Source: Octopus sinensis
Taxonomy: Eukaryota
NCBI RefSeq assembly: GCF_006345805.1
Contig: NC_043017.1
Span: forward strand, 19,158,001-19,222,000
Reading direction: 5' to 3'
Length of the DNA: 64,000 nucleotides
Shown: positions 1-12,977 of the stretch, in pieces
Numbering within the stretch: the first letter of the stretch is position 1
How the letters are laid out: every line of letters starts with the position of its first letter
Translations under genes and position numbers: made by a program
The notes under the pieces: model-generated
The model's database searches: none
What the model saw: the letters and a program-made list of their open reading frames with translations, nothing else
What the model was told of the DNA's origin: nothing

Positions 1-265
1 TCAATTACTCTATCTATCCATTTCTCAGCGATAATTATACCCACGCCACCAACCCCGTCAGTGTTCCCTGCCCAGAAAATCTTGTACCTGTGTCCTTGCC
101 TGTGAGGACCCTAGCAGATCCTCCTCTCCACCTTATTTCTTGCATACAACATACATCAACACGTCTCCGTTCAAGCATCTCGACTATCTCGCCAGACCTA
201 CCTTTCAATGTGCCAACGTTGAGGGTGCCTACCCTGAGGGTGTGGAGGTGTGGGCCTCTGAGACC
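1..265 (-). mobile_element. RTE-type LINE, APE endonuclease N-terminal fragment
   Basis: ORF 35..313(-) contains LRVGTLNVGTLKGRSGEIVEMLERRRVDVCCMQEIRWRG, with the TLNV and QE motifs of LINE APE endonucleases. It runs off the window edge. Confidence 0.8.
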
Positions 266-299
266 CTGGGATGAGGGGCCGCAGTGTTCTGTACCTGAA

Positions 300-590
300 A
301 AGAAAGCTTGCATTTGCCAGATATCATACTGAGACTCTAGACTACAACCTGCATAAATTTCAAAGTTTTTGCGCTATATGATCACAATAAACCCTACATA
401 GGGGTGCGGGGGGGGGGTCGAGAAAGATAGAAAACAGAACTTCCGGTTCTGGTAGAGGGTGGGACGGCGGGGTCACCTCCAAGGAACAACAGGTTTTAAG
501 TTAATACGTAGGGAATTTTCTGCGACAGAAATTACTGAACATCTAGAATTCGGGGTTCGATAAAACATAATATAATAGGAGAGAGGGAGA
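300..590. repeat. Unclassified non-autonomous DNA-type repeat fragment
   Basis: GC-richer island with AAATTTCAAAGTT and AACTTCCGGTTC motifs typical of Helentron/DINE-like MITEs. No ORF. Confidence 0.3.
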
Positions 591-819
591 TATGTATATA
601 TATATAGTTATATATTATATATATAATATATATAGTATATATATTATATATGTATATAATATATATATATATTATGTGAAATAGAAGATGAATAATCTTG
701 TAGTAGATTAATCAAAAGTTTAACCGATACCTTAGTAGCAAAAATCACAGCAGTGAACAGCACGGTTGGAGGTACAACCATCTGGCTTGCAACCGTGCGT
801 TGGTGCGGATAATTGAAAT

Positions 820-918
820 TAAAACATTATTGGTGAATTGAAGAAATGGAGCTGAACGCAGATTGAACAGAAATCGTTCTGCGTTCAGCTCCATTTCTTC
901 AATTCACCAATAATGTTT

Positions 919-920
<2 letters not shown>
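820..920. repeat. Perfect 43-bp inverted repeat with 15-nt loop
   Basis: 820-862 is the exact reverse complement of 878-920. It is followed directly by (TA)n. Confidence 0.95.
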
Positions 921-949
<29 letters not shown>

Positions 950-1899
950 GCATATATTTGTGTCTATGTTTGTCCCCCTCCACCATCACTTGACAACTGA
1001 TATTGGTGTTTGTGCCCTCATAATGTAGCGGTTCAGCAAAAGAGACCGATAGAATAAGTACCTGGCTTACAAAGAATAAGTCCTGGGGGCAATTTGTTTG
1101 ACTAAAACCCCTTAAGGTGGTGCTCCAGCATGGCTGCAGTCAAGTGACTGGAACAAGTAGAAGAATAAAGAATAGTAGATGTGTAACCAGTTTATTGCAC
1201 ATGAATTCATCATCATCGTTTAACGAAATAAGAAGGGAAGGTTACTTTTTACTTGTTTACCTTATGGAATAGTCAACCAAATATTTTTTATTAGGGTTGC
1301 GTGATTCTATGCAAGATTTATTACTAAAAAACCTAGCGTTACTTTTAAAAGGATGTAAAAATATAAGGGAAGCACAGTTACTTCCCTTGGACTGTTTATT
1401 TTTAGGCTTATAAAGTTAAATTTAACGTAAGGGGTATTAGCCATCTGAATGTGGCTAGCCACTGGGGGGGGGGGTTTACTGATGCTTTTAGCCCCAGGCG
1501 ATCAACGTCACCAGAAGGACTTTAGACACTATCTCAGTGCCCTTGTGTTATTTGCACAGAGATTTATTAAAGTTAAGTTTATTTTGATAGAATTAGGTGT
1601 TATTTAGATAATTAACCGTGTAAGCATTGGAATAAAAAAACACACTCCTTCGCTTTTTTCAAATGGTATCTACCCCTCACCTTACAATAATTTCTGCATA
1701 TTATCCTTTATTTTTTTCTTTATTATTTATCCTTACTTCCCATAGCCTTTATTCCTCCAGTCTTTCTTCCCATCCAATCTTGCCTGCTTGTCTCCCCTCT
1801 CTCTCTTTTTACTTTGTTTTATCCTTCCTCCGTCCCTATTTATCGATACTTTCCCCTCATCTCTTACCTTATGAAGTATATTTCCTTAACGGCCTTCAA

Positions 1900-2390
1900 T
1901 ACATGGCTCTCCATATATGTATATGCGCGTATATCTGGTTTTGTCCCTGTATGTATATATGTATACTACGTTACATATATGTGTGTATGTGCTTATCTAA
2001 GCATGTGTCAGGGTATGTAAGTATATGCCCTGGTGTATCGAGGATTTTTTTCTTCTGGGTTGTGTATGCTCCTGTACGTGTATGTATGTGTAAGTGCGCT
2101 TATGTGTGTAAGTACGTAGTTGTATACGTCTATTAATGTTTGTATATATGTACGTGTTGTGAGTATATGAATGTGTGTAGATGTGTTTGTATGTACGTGT
2201 GTTTGTGTATATGTATATCTATGTATGTATATATGTATGTATATGTATATATGTGTGTATGTATATATGTATCTATATGTATATATGTATATCATCATCA
2301 TCATCATCATTTATATATGTGCATATATTTATATGTGTGTGTGTGTGTGTATATATATATATGTGTGTGTGTATATATATATATATGGAC
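1900..2390. repeat. Compound (TA)/(TG)/(TATG)/(CAT) microsatellite
   Basis: Visible dinucleotide and trinucleotide runs. They produce the Y/I/V/C/M low-complexity ORFs in the track. Confidence 0.9.
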
Positions 2391-2911
2391 GGTTCAACTG
2401 GGGTCTGGGAAGCCAGAAGGCTACGCCAGACCCAGTCTGATCTGGCAGTGTTTCTAACGCCAGATGCCCTTCCTAACGCCAACCACTCCGTGAGTGGCGT
2501 TACGAAGGGCATCCAGCTGTAGAAACACTATATATATATGTTTTCCATTATGTGTGTGTGTGTAGTGGGAAAGGTGTAGCAAAAGATGTTGAGGTTGCAG
2601 ATGAAAGTAAAACATCAAAGTAAAACAATGGGAACATATTGGATTGTAGTTTAAATAATTTATTTGAACGACACTTGCTGTATACACCAAATATTTCACT
2701 ACATCACTTTACCAACTTACTTCGCGTTGGCGAAGAAGAAATTAACAGGGTAAATACTGTGTCAATATGATAGGGTAGAACCGAACATCTTTTGTGTCTG
2801 TGTGTGTGTGTATTGGTCATTCAGTGGTGTCTGTTTATGTTCTGTGACTGTGACTGTCCTTCATGTTGAATATCTGGATCTGTGTTGTCTGCTTAACTGG
2901 CAAAGTTACTA

Positions 2912-3458
<547 letters not shown>

Positions 3459-3534
3459 CCACTGTGTTCTGGGGAATGTGCACTATCTAGTCCTCCCACA
3501 CCATCAATTTACACAAAAATCTGGCTCTATAATA

Positions 3535-3960
3535 GCAAAGTTCTACCAACATTTCTCTATGGTAGTGAGACGTGGAAGAGCACTGTGATAACGGACAGAA
3601 AGCTAGATGTTTTTCATTGAAGATGTTTGCAGAGGATTCTGAGAATGTATTGGCAAGACCATGTAATCAATGAAGACATTCTAAAGAGAGTCATCACAAG
3701 ACCACATAGTGAAATCATCCTGGAATGGAGATTGAAACTAGCAGGTCGTATACTTTGGTTATCAGATCAATTCTGAAACAGTTTTGAAATGGACACCACA
3801 GAGGGGAAAAAGAGAAACCAAAAACTACATGGTGCACAACATTTCATTACCAACATGAGAAAGGCCAATAACACATGTATAGATGTAGAGAAAACTGCAG
3901 CCAACAGAAGCCACTCGAGAGCACGAGAGGAACTGGTACCATTACAAGCATTTACCAATC
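3535..3960 (+). mobile_element. Decayed RTE-type LINE, post-RT C-terminal fragment
   Basis: Manual translation gives LYGSETW...RKLDVFH*RCLQRILRMYWQDHVINEDILKR, typical of the RTE ORF C-terminus, with stops. Confidence 0.7.
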
Positions 3961-5224
3961 CACTATCTACATTGTATATATGTACATATATAGGATATAG
4001 TAAATATTTAAGATTAAAGAGTAATTATATATAGCAGGAGATATCCATCTGTCTCTGACTGTCTGTCCCTTGATGGATTGCTGTATTTTTAATGGTCGTG
4101 ACAGCTAGAAGGACAGACATACCACAGGAGAAATTCCTACCTATGTAGGTCACCTCCTGTTTAAATGGCACAGCTGAGGTTGAAGGTCGAAGAGAAACAC
4201 TCCATCCTTTTTTGACAAGACAAAGAAATTTCTTTTGTGCCTGTTTGGTCAGTGGTGGATCAGACGAGCAAGAATCCTTAGATTTGGTTTCGAATCTCAG
4301 CTCAGAAAAAGGAAGTGTTAGGTTTTACGTATATATAATGACTGGCTTCTTTCAGCATCTGTCTACTAAGTTCAATCACAAGAAGGAACTTGCCTAAGGT
4401 TCCAAGATCACATAGTTGGGAAGCGAACTTCTTAGTCACACACCCATGCCTGCACCTGTGTGTGGGTGTTTGTTTACATTCGTATGAAAGTGCAACAGTC
4501 AAAGGTGTCATTTTCTTTTATCAGGTCCATCTTGTTACCTTTAAATAAGGGATCCCTTACTTGAAAACCCAGGCTAAGTGTTAGTGCCAGAAGGACAATC
4601 TCTCAAATATATATTCATCCAATGCATGTAAGCATAGAAAAACAGACGTAAAACGAATGAGTGGTCTTTAGAGAATTCCATATAAGACAATTTACATTTC
4701 TCTAATACGGACATTTCAAAGTTTGTTCCTAGACTGTACCATGTATTTAGGATGTCAACGGGGCCTCTAGTTAATTCTAGTGTGTTTTTGTGTCCCTAAG
4801 CACATGTCAGGAAATCACTACTCCACTTCCTGTCCTTGACGATGGTCTACTTAACACACTTAAGTGACTGACACACCCTTATAAGTCACCTCATATAAAC
4901 GACACTCATAATCTACACTCATCCTATATAAGTGGGATAGGAGAGCAACAATGTTTCTTTTTCATATTTACGATGACATTGTTCTCAGCTGTTTCCATCC
5001 TGTGTAAGTGAAATCAATATTTCTCCTTTATTCATTGCTCATGTTTTCCACTCACTGGACACCTATGTCTTGTGTCAATAACAGAACCCACTCTCCTCAC
5101 ATTCCTCTGCTCGTCTTTACATGCCATGATTCATCTTCTTGGAAGAGATTTAGGATCATTTTTAAACGATGTGAATCAGTGAATGTATGTGGATATGTGT
5201 GAGTGAAGTCCTGTGTTATTCACT

Positions 5225-5830
5225 TCTTTCACATGAGTTATGTCTATCTGTCTATTTGTCTGCTTAACTTTATCTTCCTCTCTTTCTGTCTATCTATATT
5301 TATCTGTCTATCTATCTGTCTGTCTGTCTGTTTATGTCTATCTGTCTGTCTGTCTGTTTATGTCTATCAGTCTATCTATCTGTTTTGTTTATCAATCTGT
5401 CTGTCTATCTATGTCTATCTGTCTGCGCCTGTCTATCTGTCAGTGCCTGTCTATCTGTCAGTGCCTGTCTATCTGTCAGTGCCTGTCTATCTGTCTGTGC
5501 CTGTCTATCTGTCTGTTTATGTATATCTATCTATCTGTTTTTGTCTATCAATCTGTCTGTCTGTCTATCTATGTCTATCTGTCTATGCCTGTCTATCTGT
5601 CTATGCCTGTCTATCTGTCTATGCCTGTCTATCTTTCTATGCCTGTCTATCTTTCTATGCCTGTCTATCTGTCTATGCCTGTCTATCTGTCTATGCCTGT
5701 CTATCTGTCTATGCCTGTCTATCTGTCTATGCCTGTCTATCTGTCTATCTATGTCTATCTGTCTATGCCTGTCTATCTGTCTATGCCTGTCTATCTGTCT
5801 GTCTGCATATATATCTACCTGTCTATTACT
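5225..5830. repeat. TCTA/TCTG-derived array with an 18-bp higher-order unit (GTCTATCTGTCTATGCCT)
   Basis: About a dozen 18-bp units at ~5575-5795, plus GTCTATCTGTCAGTGCCT variants at ~5430-5505. Confidence 0.9.
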
Positions 5831-5947
5831 TTCTCTTTGCTCGTTTGTGTGTGTGTACACATCATGTACTTATGTATGTATCATTGGCACTGTATCAACG
5901 GCTTTCAAAAATTTTTTAATTTCTGAAATTTACTTTACTCTTTTACG

Positions 5948-6353
5948 CTTTTACTTGTTTCAGTCATGTGACTGTGGCCATGCTGGAGCACCGTCTTTAG
6001 TCAAGCAAATCGACCCCAGGGCTTATTCTTTGTAAGCCTAGTACTTATTCTATCGGTCTCTTTTGCCGAACTGCTAAGTTACGGGGACGTAAACACACCA
6101 GCATCGGTTGTCAAGCGATGTTGGGGGGACAAACACAGACACACAAACATATACACACACATACAGATATATATATCTATACATATATATGATGAGCTTC
6201 TTTCAGTTTCCGTCTACCAAATCCACTCACAAGGCTTTGGTCAGCCCAAGGATATAGTAGAAGACACTTGCCCAAGGTGCCACGCTGTGGGGCTGAAATC
6301 GGAACCATGTGGCTGGTAAGCAAGCTACTTACCACACAGCCACTCCTACGCCT
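5948..6353 (-). mobile_element. tRNA-derived SINE family A (~400 bp, internal TA/TG microsatellite)
   Basis: Reverse complement of the family seen at 31977, 47159 and 53186. The head has A-box TGGCTGTGTGG and a B-box-like motif. Confidence 0.85.
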
Positions 6354-6916
6354 ATGAAACTATGAAATTAATTTTTTTAATTAACTATGAAATTAACTTT
6401 GTTAATTTGTTTTTCATTTTTATTTGTTCTAAATATATTTTTTAGTTAAATTTCTTCTTTGCCCATTGCAAATTGTCATAGTTTTCAAACTTCAAAATGT
6501 TTGCGGCATCTATCAGAGGTTATGATTTCAAACCCTACCATTGCATTTTGATTCTGGAAATTATAACCAGGTTTTGTGGGGGTCCACTCAATAAAATGGT
6601 AAATTGGAGATTCACAGTAGTATTTAGATGTAGGTATTGATATATATTGCAAGAAACAGCTTCTTTCTCTAACATTTTACATCAGCCAACGACAAGTTAA
6701 TGTGTGTGAAACAAAACAGGAATTTTGAAAGAAGTTTCTATAAAACTAGTTTTTAAACATCAAATGGCTGTCAGGGTCCACCAGGATAAAATAGTAACCA
6801 AAGGGGTCCATAGATGAAAATGGTTGAGAACCCCTGATTTAGATCAATAAGAGGTTTGTATTATAGAACTAGGGATAGTCTGAGGGAGGTTGATATTAAA
6901 AGGGTTAAAAAGTAAC

Positions 6917-7180
6917 TGGCACCTGTGTCGGTGGCACATAAAAACACCATCCGAGCGTGGCCGTCTGCCAGCCTCGTCTGGCACCTGTGTCGGTGGCACA
7001 TAAAAAACACCATCTGAGCGTGGCCGTTTGCCAGCCTCGTCTGGCACCTGTGTCGGTGGCACATAAAAACACCATCCGAGCGTGGCCGTTTGCCAGCCTC
7101 GTCTGGCACCTGTGTCGGTGGCACATAAAATCACCCACTACACTCTCGGAGTGGTTGGCGTTAGGAAGGGCATCCAGCTG
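6917..7180 (+). mobile_element. VNTR-bearing retroposon: ~3.5 tandem 62-63 bp units plus conserved body
   Basis: Units start at 6917, 6979, 7042 and 7104, followed by the family body CACCCACTACACTC...TTGGCGTTAGGAAGGGCATCCAGCTG. Confidence 0.85.
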
Positions 7181-7189
7181 TCTCCTCTC

Positions 7190-7232
<43 letters not shown>

Positions 7233-7849
7233 CATGCTCACTTTCTTTCATGCTTGTGTCTGACCGAATTTGCTGTGATTTTTCAATGGCCAGATGCCCT
7301 TCCTGTCACCAGCTGTCACCAGAAATCACAGGAAGGTGGCAGTCTCTCTCTCTCTCTCCCTTCCCCTCCCTCGCCCCTCTCTCTCACACACACACTCTGT
7401 CTCTTTCTCCCTATCTCACATAACAAGCTTCTTTCTGTTACAGTTTACCAAATCCACTCACAAGGCTTTGGATGGCCTGGGGCTGTAGCAGAAGACACTT
7501 GTCCAAGATGCTGCACAGTGGGATTGAACCCAGCATCATATGGTTGCAAAGCAAGCCTTTCAACCACTCAACCATGTCTATATATTTATCAACTGCACAT
7601 ATATTTATATATTTTTTTCCCCCACGTATATTCAGTAACAGCTTCTCTACTTTAGTGGATTAATAAGATTATTTGAATTTAGGTGTGGCTGTGTGGTAAG
7701 AAGCTTGCTTACCAACCACATGGTCTCAGGTTCAGTCCCACCGCATGGCACCTTGGGCAAGTGCCTTCTACTATAGCACTGAGCTGACCAAAGCCTTGTG
7801 AGAGGATTTGGTAGAATACGAAGGTGGGCTAACCACGAAGCAATAGTTG

Positions 7850-8480
7850 AATTTGACCAGGTCCATCTGACAGCACTTCCATGTCTGTAGAGCTTGTTTC
7901 GAACCAGCAGAGCTCTCTGGTAGCACTGTCAGGCCAGGGATTTCTGGAAGTCATCCATAGGCGCTGGCCCAAAAGTCCTCTGGAAAAGACCAGTTAATTG
8001 ATCCCTCCCAACACCCAGAGTTTCCCCGAGGACATTATTACTCTTGCCTGCCACTAATCCCCTATAGAACTCCATGGTGGAACTTCCACTGACCATGTTG
8101 CCTGACTGGCAGAAAGCTGTGTGCGCTTGCTGACACTCCAGGTGCCAAGTGCCCTTCCTTGGTGTACGCTTGATCCAAGACTGCAGCTCTGTCAGTGTGA
8201 TGAGCTGCGGAAAACCCTGCTTGACAACACCTGCGACTACACCTGTTCACCATTAAGAAAATGCTGGAGATGCTGCAGTCTCAGCGTGTGTCTGCGCATC
8301 ATTATCCATGGCATTCTCAGTCCTCCACTCAGTGGCTGTTGACAGCCAATGGACTGTCTGATGGGTGGAACATGTCCCTTCCGCAGAAAGTGGAAGAGCA
8401 AGTGTTCCAGTTTGGTCAGCCATGAAGCAGGGCAGGGGATGACGGTCAGGTGGTAGTAGATGACAGAAGCAATATATGCA
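7850..8480 (-). mobile_element. L1/Tx1-clade LINE, RT C-terminal relic
   Basis: ORF 8237..8545(-) reads NAYIASVIYYHLTVIPCP...QPLSGGLRMPWIMMRRHTLRLQHL, the P..GGL.MP region found downstream of the RT in L1/Tx1 elements. Confidence 0.65.
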
Positions 8481-8499
8481 TTTGTAATAATAATAATAT

Positions 8500-8730
8500 A
8501 TTTCTTTATTGCCCACAAGGGGCTAAACACAGAGGGGACAAGCAAGGACAGACAAAGGGATTAAGTCGATTACATCGACCCCAGTGCATAACTGGTACTT
8601 TATTTATTGACCCCGAAAGGATGAAAGGCAAAGTCGACCTCGGTGGAATTTGAACTCAGAACGTAACAGCAGACGAAATATCGCTAAGCATTTCGCCTGG
8701 CATGCTAATGATTCTGCCAGCTCGCCGCCT
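8500..8730 (-). mobile_element. tRNA-derived SINE family B
   Basis: Reverse complement of GGCGGTGAGCTGGCAGAATCGTTAGCA...GAGTTCAAATTCC...TTTGCCTTTCATCCTTTCGGGGTCG, flanked by (AAT)n. Confidence 0.8.
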
Positions 8731-9254
8731 GCAATAATAATAATAACAATAACAACAATAATAATAATGGTTTCAAACTTTTGGCTCATGATCAGTAATT
8801 TTTTACGGAGAAGGGGTTAGTTGATTACATCACTCCCCAGTGTTCAACTGTTACATACTTCATCAACCCCAGAAGGATAAAAAGCCAAGTCGACCTTGGT
8901 AGAATTTGAACTCAAAACGTAAAACCAGAAGAAATGCTGCCAAGCATTTTGTCCTCGCTTTTATTTTTTCAGGGGCTGATAAAATAGGTACCAGGGCAGG
9001 AGGTGGGGGCATGGGTGGGGTGGGGGTGGTTGGGTCGATGCAATCAACTGCACCCCCTCCCACCAGCCACACATTTCCCATTAATAGATGTTACCTTTCA
9101 TTGGTTCCTCTCTTACTTAATTATAATCCCATGCCCATCTCCAACTAAATATCTTATTTCTGATGTCTGTCTGTCTGTATGTCCTTATTTTTGTATTGTT
9201 TCTGGGTTTTTTTCCGTTGTGTTTTTTTTTATTTTTTCTTTATGAGAGTTTAGT

Positions 9255-9480
9255 TTCTAAGTATCTTCCCCCTCTCCTCCCCTCTCCCTCTTTTTTTCTT
9301 TCTTTCCTTCTTCTTCCTCTCTCTGTTCCTCTTTCTCTTCTTGTTTCCCTTTCTCACTTTCCTTCTCCTTTTTCTTTCTTTCCTTCTTCCCCCTCTCTCT
9401 GTTCCTCTTTCTCTTCTTGTTTTCCTTTCTCTCCTTTCCTTTCTTCCTTGTTTGTTTTGTTTGTCCTTTTTTCTTCATTA
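9255..9480. repeat. Polypyrimidine low-complexity tract with internal duplication
   Basis: CTCTCTGTTCCTCTTTCTCTTCTTGTTT occurs twice, about 76 bp apart. Confidence 0.8.
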
Positions 9481-9837
9481 CTTTTGTAGGTTACTTTACA
9501 ATAATGTTCAGTCACAACTTCACAAACTAACATTCTTTGCATTAGTCACAGTAACTTATTGTACCTCTGTTTGTTTTATTTCTCTGTTGTTGGCTTTAGG
9601 TTTTTGCCTCTAAATTTTTCTTGTCTTGCCAGTGTGGAGCAGTGGTGGTGGTGGTGGTGGTAGATGGATATATGTGTGTGATACCCTCCTGCCCCACAAA
9701 CGAAACAAAACAAACAATAACAGAAGAAAACTGGATTGAAACTGAACAATAGAACTCAATTTGTCTGCTGTGTGTTTTTGCTGAAAACTATTTTGTCATC
9801 TGATGTCATTTTCTCCCCATTATTATTATTATTATTA

Positions 9838-10635
9838 AGGCGGTGAGCTGGCAGAATCGTTAGCATGCCAGGCGAAATGCCTAGCAGTATTTCGTCTACT
9901 GCTACATTCTGAGTTCAAATTCCGCTGAGGTCGCCTTTGCCTTTCATCCTTTCGGGGTCGATTAAATAAGTACCAGTTATGCACTTGGGTCGATATAATC
10001 GACTTAATCCGTTTGTCTGTTCTTGTTTGTCCTCTCTGTGTTTAGCCCCTTGTGGGTAGTAAAGAAATAGGTATTTCATCTGCTGCTACAATCTGAGTTC
10101 AAATTGCACTGAGGTTGACTTTGCCTTTCATCCTTTTGGAGTCGTTAAATTAAGTACCAGTGAAAAACTGGGGTCACTGTAATTGCCTAGTCCCCTGCCC
10201 CCAAATTTCAGGCCTTGTACTTACAGTAGAAACGATTATTATAATTATTAAGGCGGTGAGCTGGCAGAATTGTTAGCATGCCAGGCAAAATGCTTAACAA
10301 CATTTTGTCTGTCTTTATATTCTGAGTTCAAATTCTGCCAAGGTTAACTTTGCCTTTCATCCTTTCAGGGGTCTATAAAATAAGTACCAATCAACCACTG
10401 GGGTCGATGTAATTGACTTACTCCCCCAGCTGCAATTGCTGGCCTTGTGGCCAAAATTTGAAAGTAATATTATTATTATTGAGTGAGAGAGCAGTGCATG
10501 CCATCAAAGTGACACTGGGGTAAAATATTTGAAACCCATCTGATGACTACCCATCTGATGAAGGTACACTAGGCACATGCATCACAAAAAAAAAAAATTT
10601 ATTATTATTATTATTATTATTATTTATTATTATTA

Positions 10636-10689
<54 letters not shown>

Positions 10690-10870
10690 GGCAGTGAGCT
10701 GGCAGAATCTTCAGCATGCTTGGCAAAATGCTTTGTGGCATTTCATCTGTCTTTATGTTCTAAGTTCAAATTCTGCTGAGGTCGACTTCACCTTTCATTC
10801 TTTCTGTGTTGATAAAATAAGTAACAGTTGAGTTCTGGGGTTGCTATAATCAACTTATCCCCCAATCCTG
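9838..10870 (+). mobile_element. Cluster of SINE family B copies separated by (TAT)n
   Basis: AAGGCGGTGAGCTGGCAGAAT-type heads at 9838, 10251 and 10688, each preceded by TAT repeats. There is a long (TAT)n at 10600-10687. Confidence 0.8.
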
Positions 10871-11107
10871 AAATTTCAGACTGTCTCCCTCCCTGCTGGT
10901 CATGGCATTGTAATCTCTGCTGCAGCTGTCCATGTCACATCTTATAGCCTTAACAGTGTTGGCAGAACACTGAAACAGCTGTCATCATCTCAGCATTTTG
11001 AGAACTGGCATGAATCCTCATGATGCAGGCAACTCTTTTTCAATATTCAGATGGCGTCTAATCTTCCATGACAGCTAACTTCTTTTTTTAATTTTTATGC
11101 TCCCCAT

Positions 11108-11410
11108 CACGTAAAAAGCACCATCTGATCGTGGCCATTGCCAGCTTCGTCTGGTCTCCGTGCCGGTGGCATGTAAAAAGCACCATCCGATCGTGGCCGT
11201 TTGCCATCCTCATGTGGCACCTGTGCCGGTGGCATGTAAAAACACCCACTACACTCACGGAGGATTGGCTTTAGGAAGGGCATCCAGCTGTAGAAACACT
11301 GCCAGATCAGACTGGGCCTGGTGCAGCCTTCTGGCCTCCCAGACCCCAGTTGAACCGTCCAATCCATGCTAGCATGGAATGCGGACGTTAAACGATGATG
11401 ATGATGATGA
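11108..11410 (+). mobile_element. VNTR-bearing retroposon copy with (GAT)n tail
   Basis: Two repeat units, the conserved body, a CCATGCTAGCATGG palindrome and an AAACGATGATGATG tail. Confidence 0.85.
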
Positions 11411-11818
11411 TAACTGTTGACTATTCACCAATATATCAAGCTTTTCTTTAAAAAAAAAGAGACACAAAAAAAAAAAGATCAAATTTAGCTGAACACTGTA
11501 TGTGTGTGTGTGTGTACACAGGGTGGCCAAAAGTTGCAAAAGGGTCTGAAATTTTAATAAATTCGTCTTAATTACATTTTTTATTTGTAATTTACATGAT
11601 GTAATTTTTCACACCTAATGTACATATATTTCCTATATATATATAAACTATATGGTGCTGAGGTATGGTAAGATGTAAAGCAGAACATAAATGAATATCT
11701 GTTTCTTTATTACCCACAAGGGGCTAAACATAGAGGGGACAAACAAGGACAGACAAACGGATTAAGTCGAGTACATCGACCCCAGTGTGCAACTGGTACT
11801 TAATTTATCGACCCCAAA

Positions 11819-12103
11819 TCATCATCATTGTTCGACCGTGGTCGAGACAATGGAATTTACCATGTTGCGCCAGACTTCATGGTCCATCATAGCATTACGG
11901 AGGTCCTGTTGCTGGATGCCTGTATCCCTGGAGATTACATCAGGGTAGGAGAGTGTGCGCCCTCTGGTGTTGCGAGTAGATGGCTTCCAGAGGAGAAGAG
12001 TAGAAATTACTTCTTTTTCAGCTCTACAACAATGTCCAGCAAACTGGACTCTCCTACCTTTCACAAGAGATGACACAGGTGGTAATTTCCCATATATTTG
12101 CAT
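11819..12103 (-). mobile_element. Young 5'-truncated RTE LINE 3' end, inserted in a SINE B copy
   Basis: Encodes MQIYGKLPPVSSLVKGRRVQFAGHC...VSTTVEQ*. It has a (GAT)n tail and TSD CCCCAAA at 11812-11818 and 12104-12110. Confidence 0.9.
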
Positions 12104-12528
12104 CCCCAAAAGGGTGAAAGGCAAAGTCAACCTCGGCGGAATTTGAACTCAGAACGCAACGACAGACGAAATATGGCTACGCATTTCGCCTGGCGTACTA
12201 ACGGTTCTGCCAGCTCGCCGCCTTGCCAGCTATATCATCTTTATGACTTTTGGGCCACCCTCTTTCTATATATATGTATGTATGTGTGTGTGTGTGCATG
12301 CATCCATCCGTCCCTCTCTCCATCCCTCCCATACAATGATCTAGTAGTCTAATCTCATATCTACCCCTCTCCTCCTTTTCTCACATCAGTCTAACAGCTT
12401 TAATTGGGATATATCTTTCATATTTTAAGTACCATGCATGACCTCAATAAATATTGATGAATGCATTGTTTTACACATGCTCACACACACACCTCTGTTC
12501 ATTATCTCTCTCTCTTTCTTGCTCTCCC

Positions 12529-12572
<44 letters not shown>

Positions 12573-12977
12573 ATAATTATTATTTGAGAGAATAAAAACC
12601 AAACTTACAAGGAAAAAATTCAATTTCATCATCATATCATCATCGTTTAGCGGCCACGATCGGATGGTGCTTTTTACGTGCTGCCAGCATGAGGCCAGTC
12701 AGGGCGGCGGTTGGTTCTCTTATGTACCACCGGCACTAGTATCACACCTGCAATTTCCATTGATGTTGATCGATTTCGATTTAGAAATACTAAATCAAAT
12801 TTCACACAATATAATATATATATATAAAAAAATTAGAAAAAAAAACCTTTTATCAATTCAATTAAATTACACCATCTAGAAAATTACATATAATAGAAAT
12901 ATTAAAATTAAAATAACAATAAAATGTCAATGATTAAGTAAATTGCAAAAAATAATAATAAAAACGTATATAATAGG

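Noticed and set aside
748-800. Hairpin GGTTG-TACCTC-CAACC as a hammerhead stem II
   Set aside because: The flanking CUGANGA and GAAAC cores are absent.
4640-5200. Possible solo LTR (TATA-like motif)
   Set aside because: I could not identify TG...CA termini, a TSD or a second copy.
5203-6035. Three overlapping 228-238 aa ORFs
   Set aside because: The TCTA/TCTG repeats simply lack stop codons.
6917-7130. CRISPR-like array
   Set aside because: The units are contiguous with no unique spacers, the context is eukaryotic, and it is part of a dispersed retroposon.
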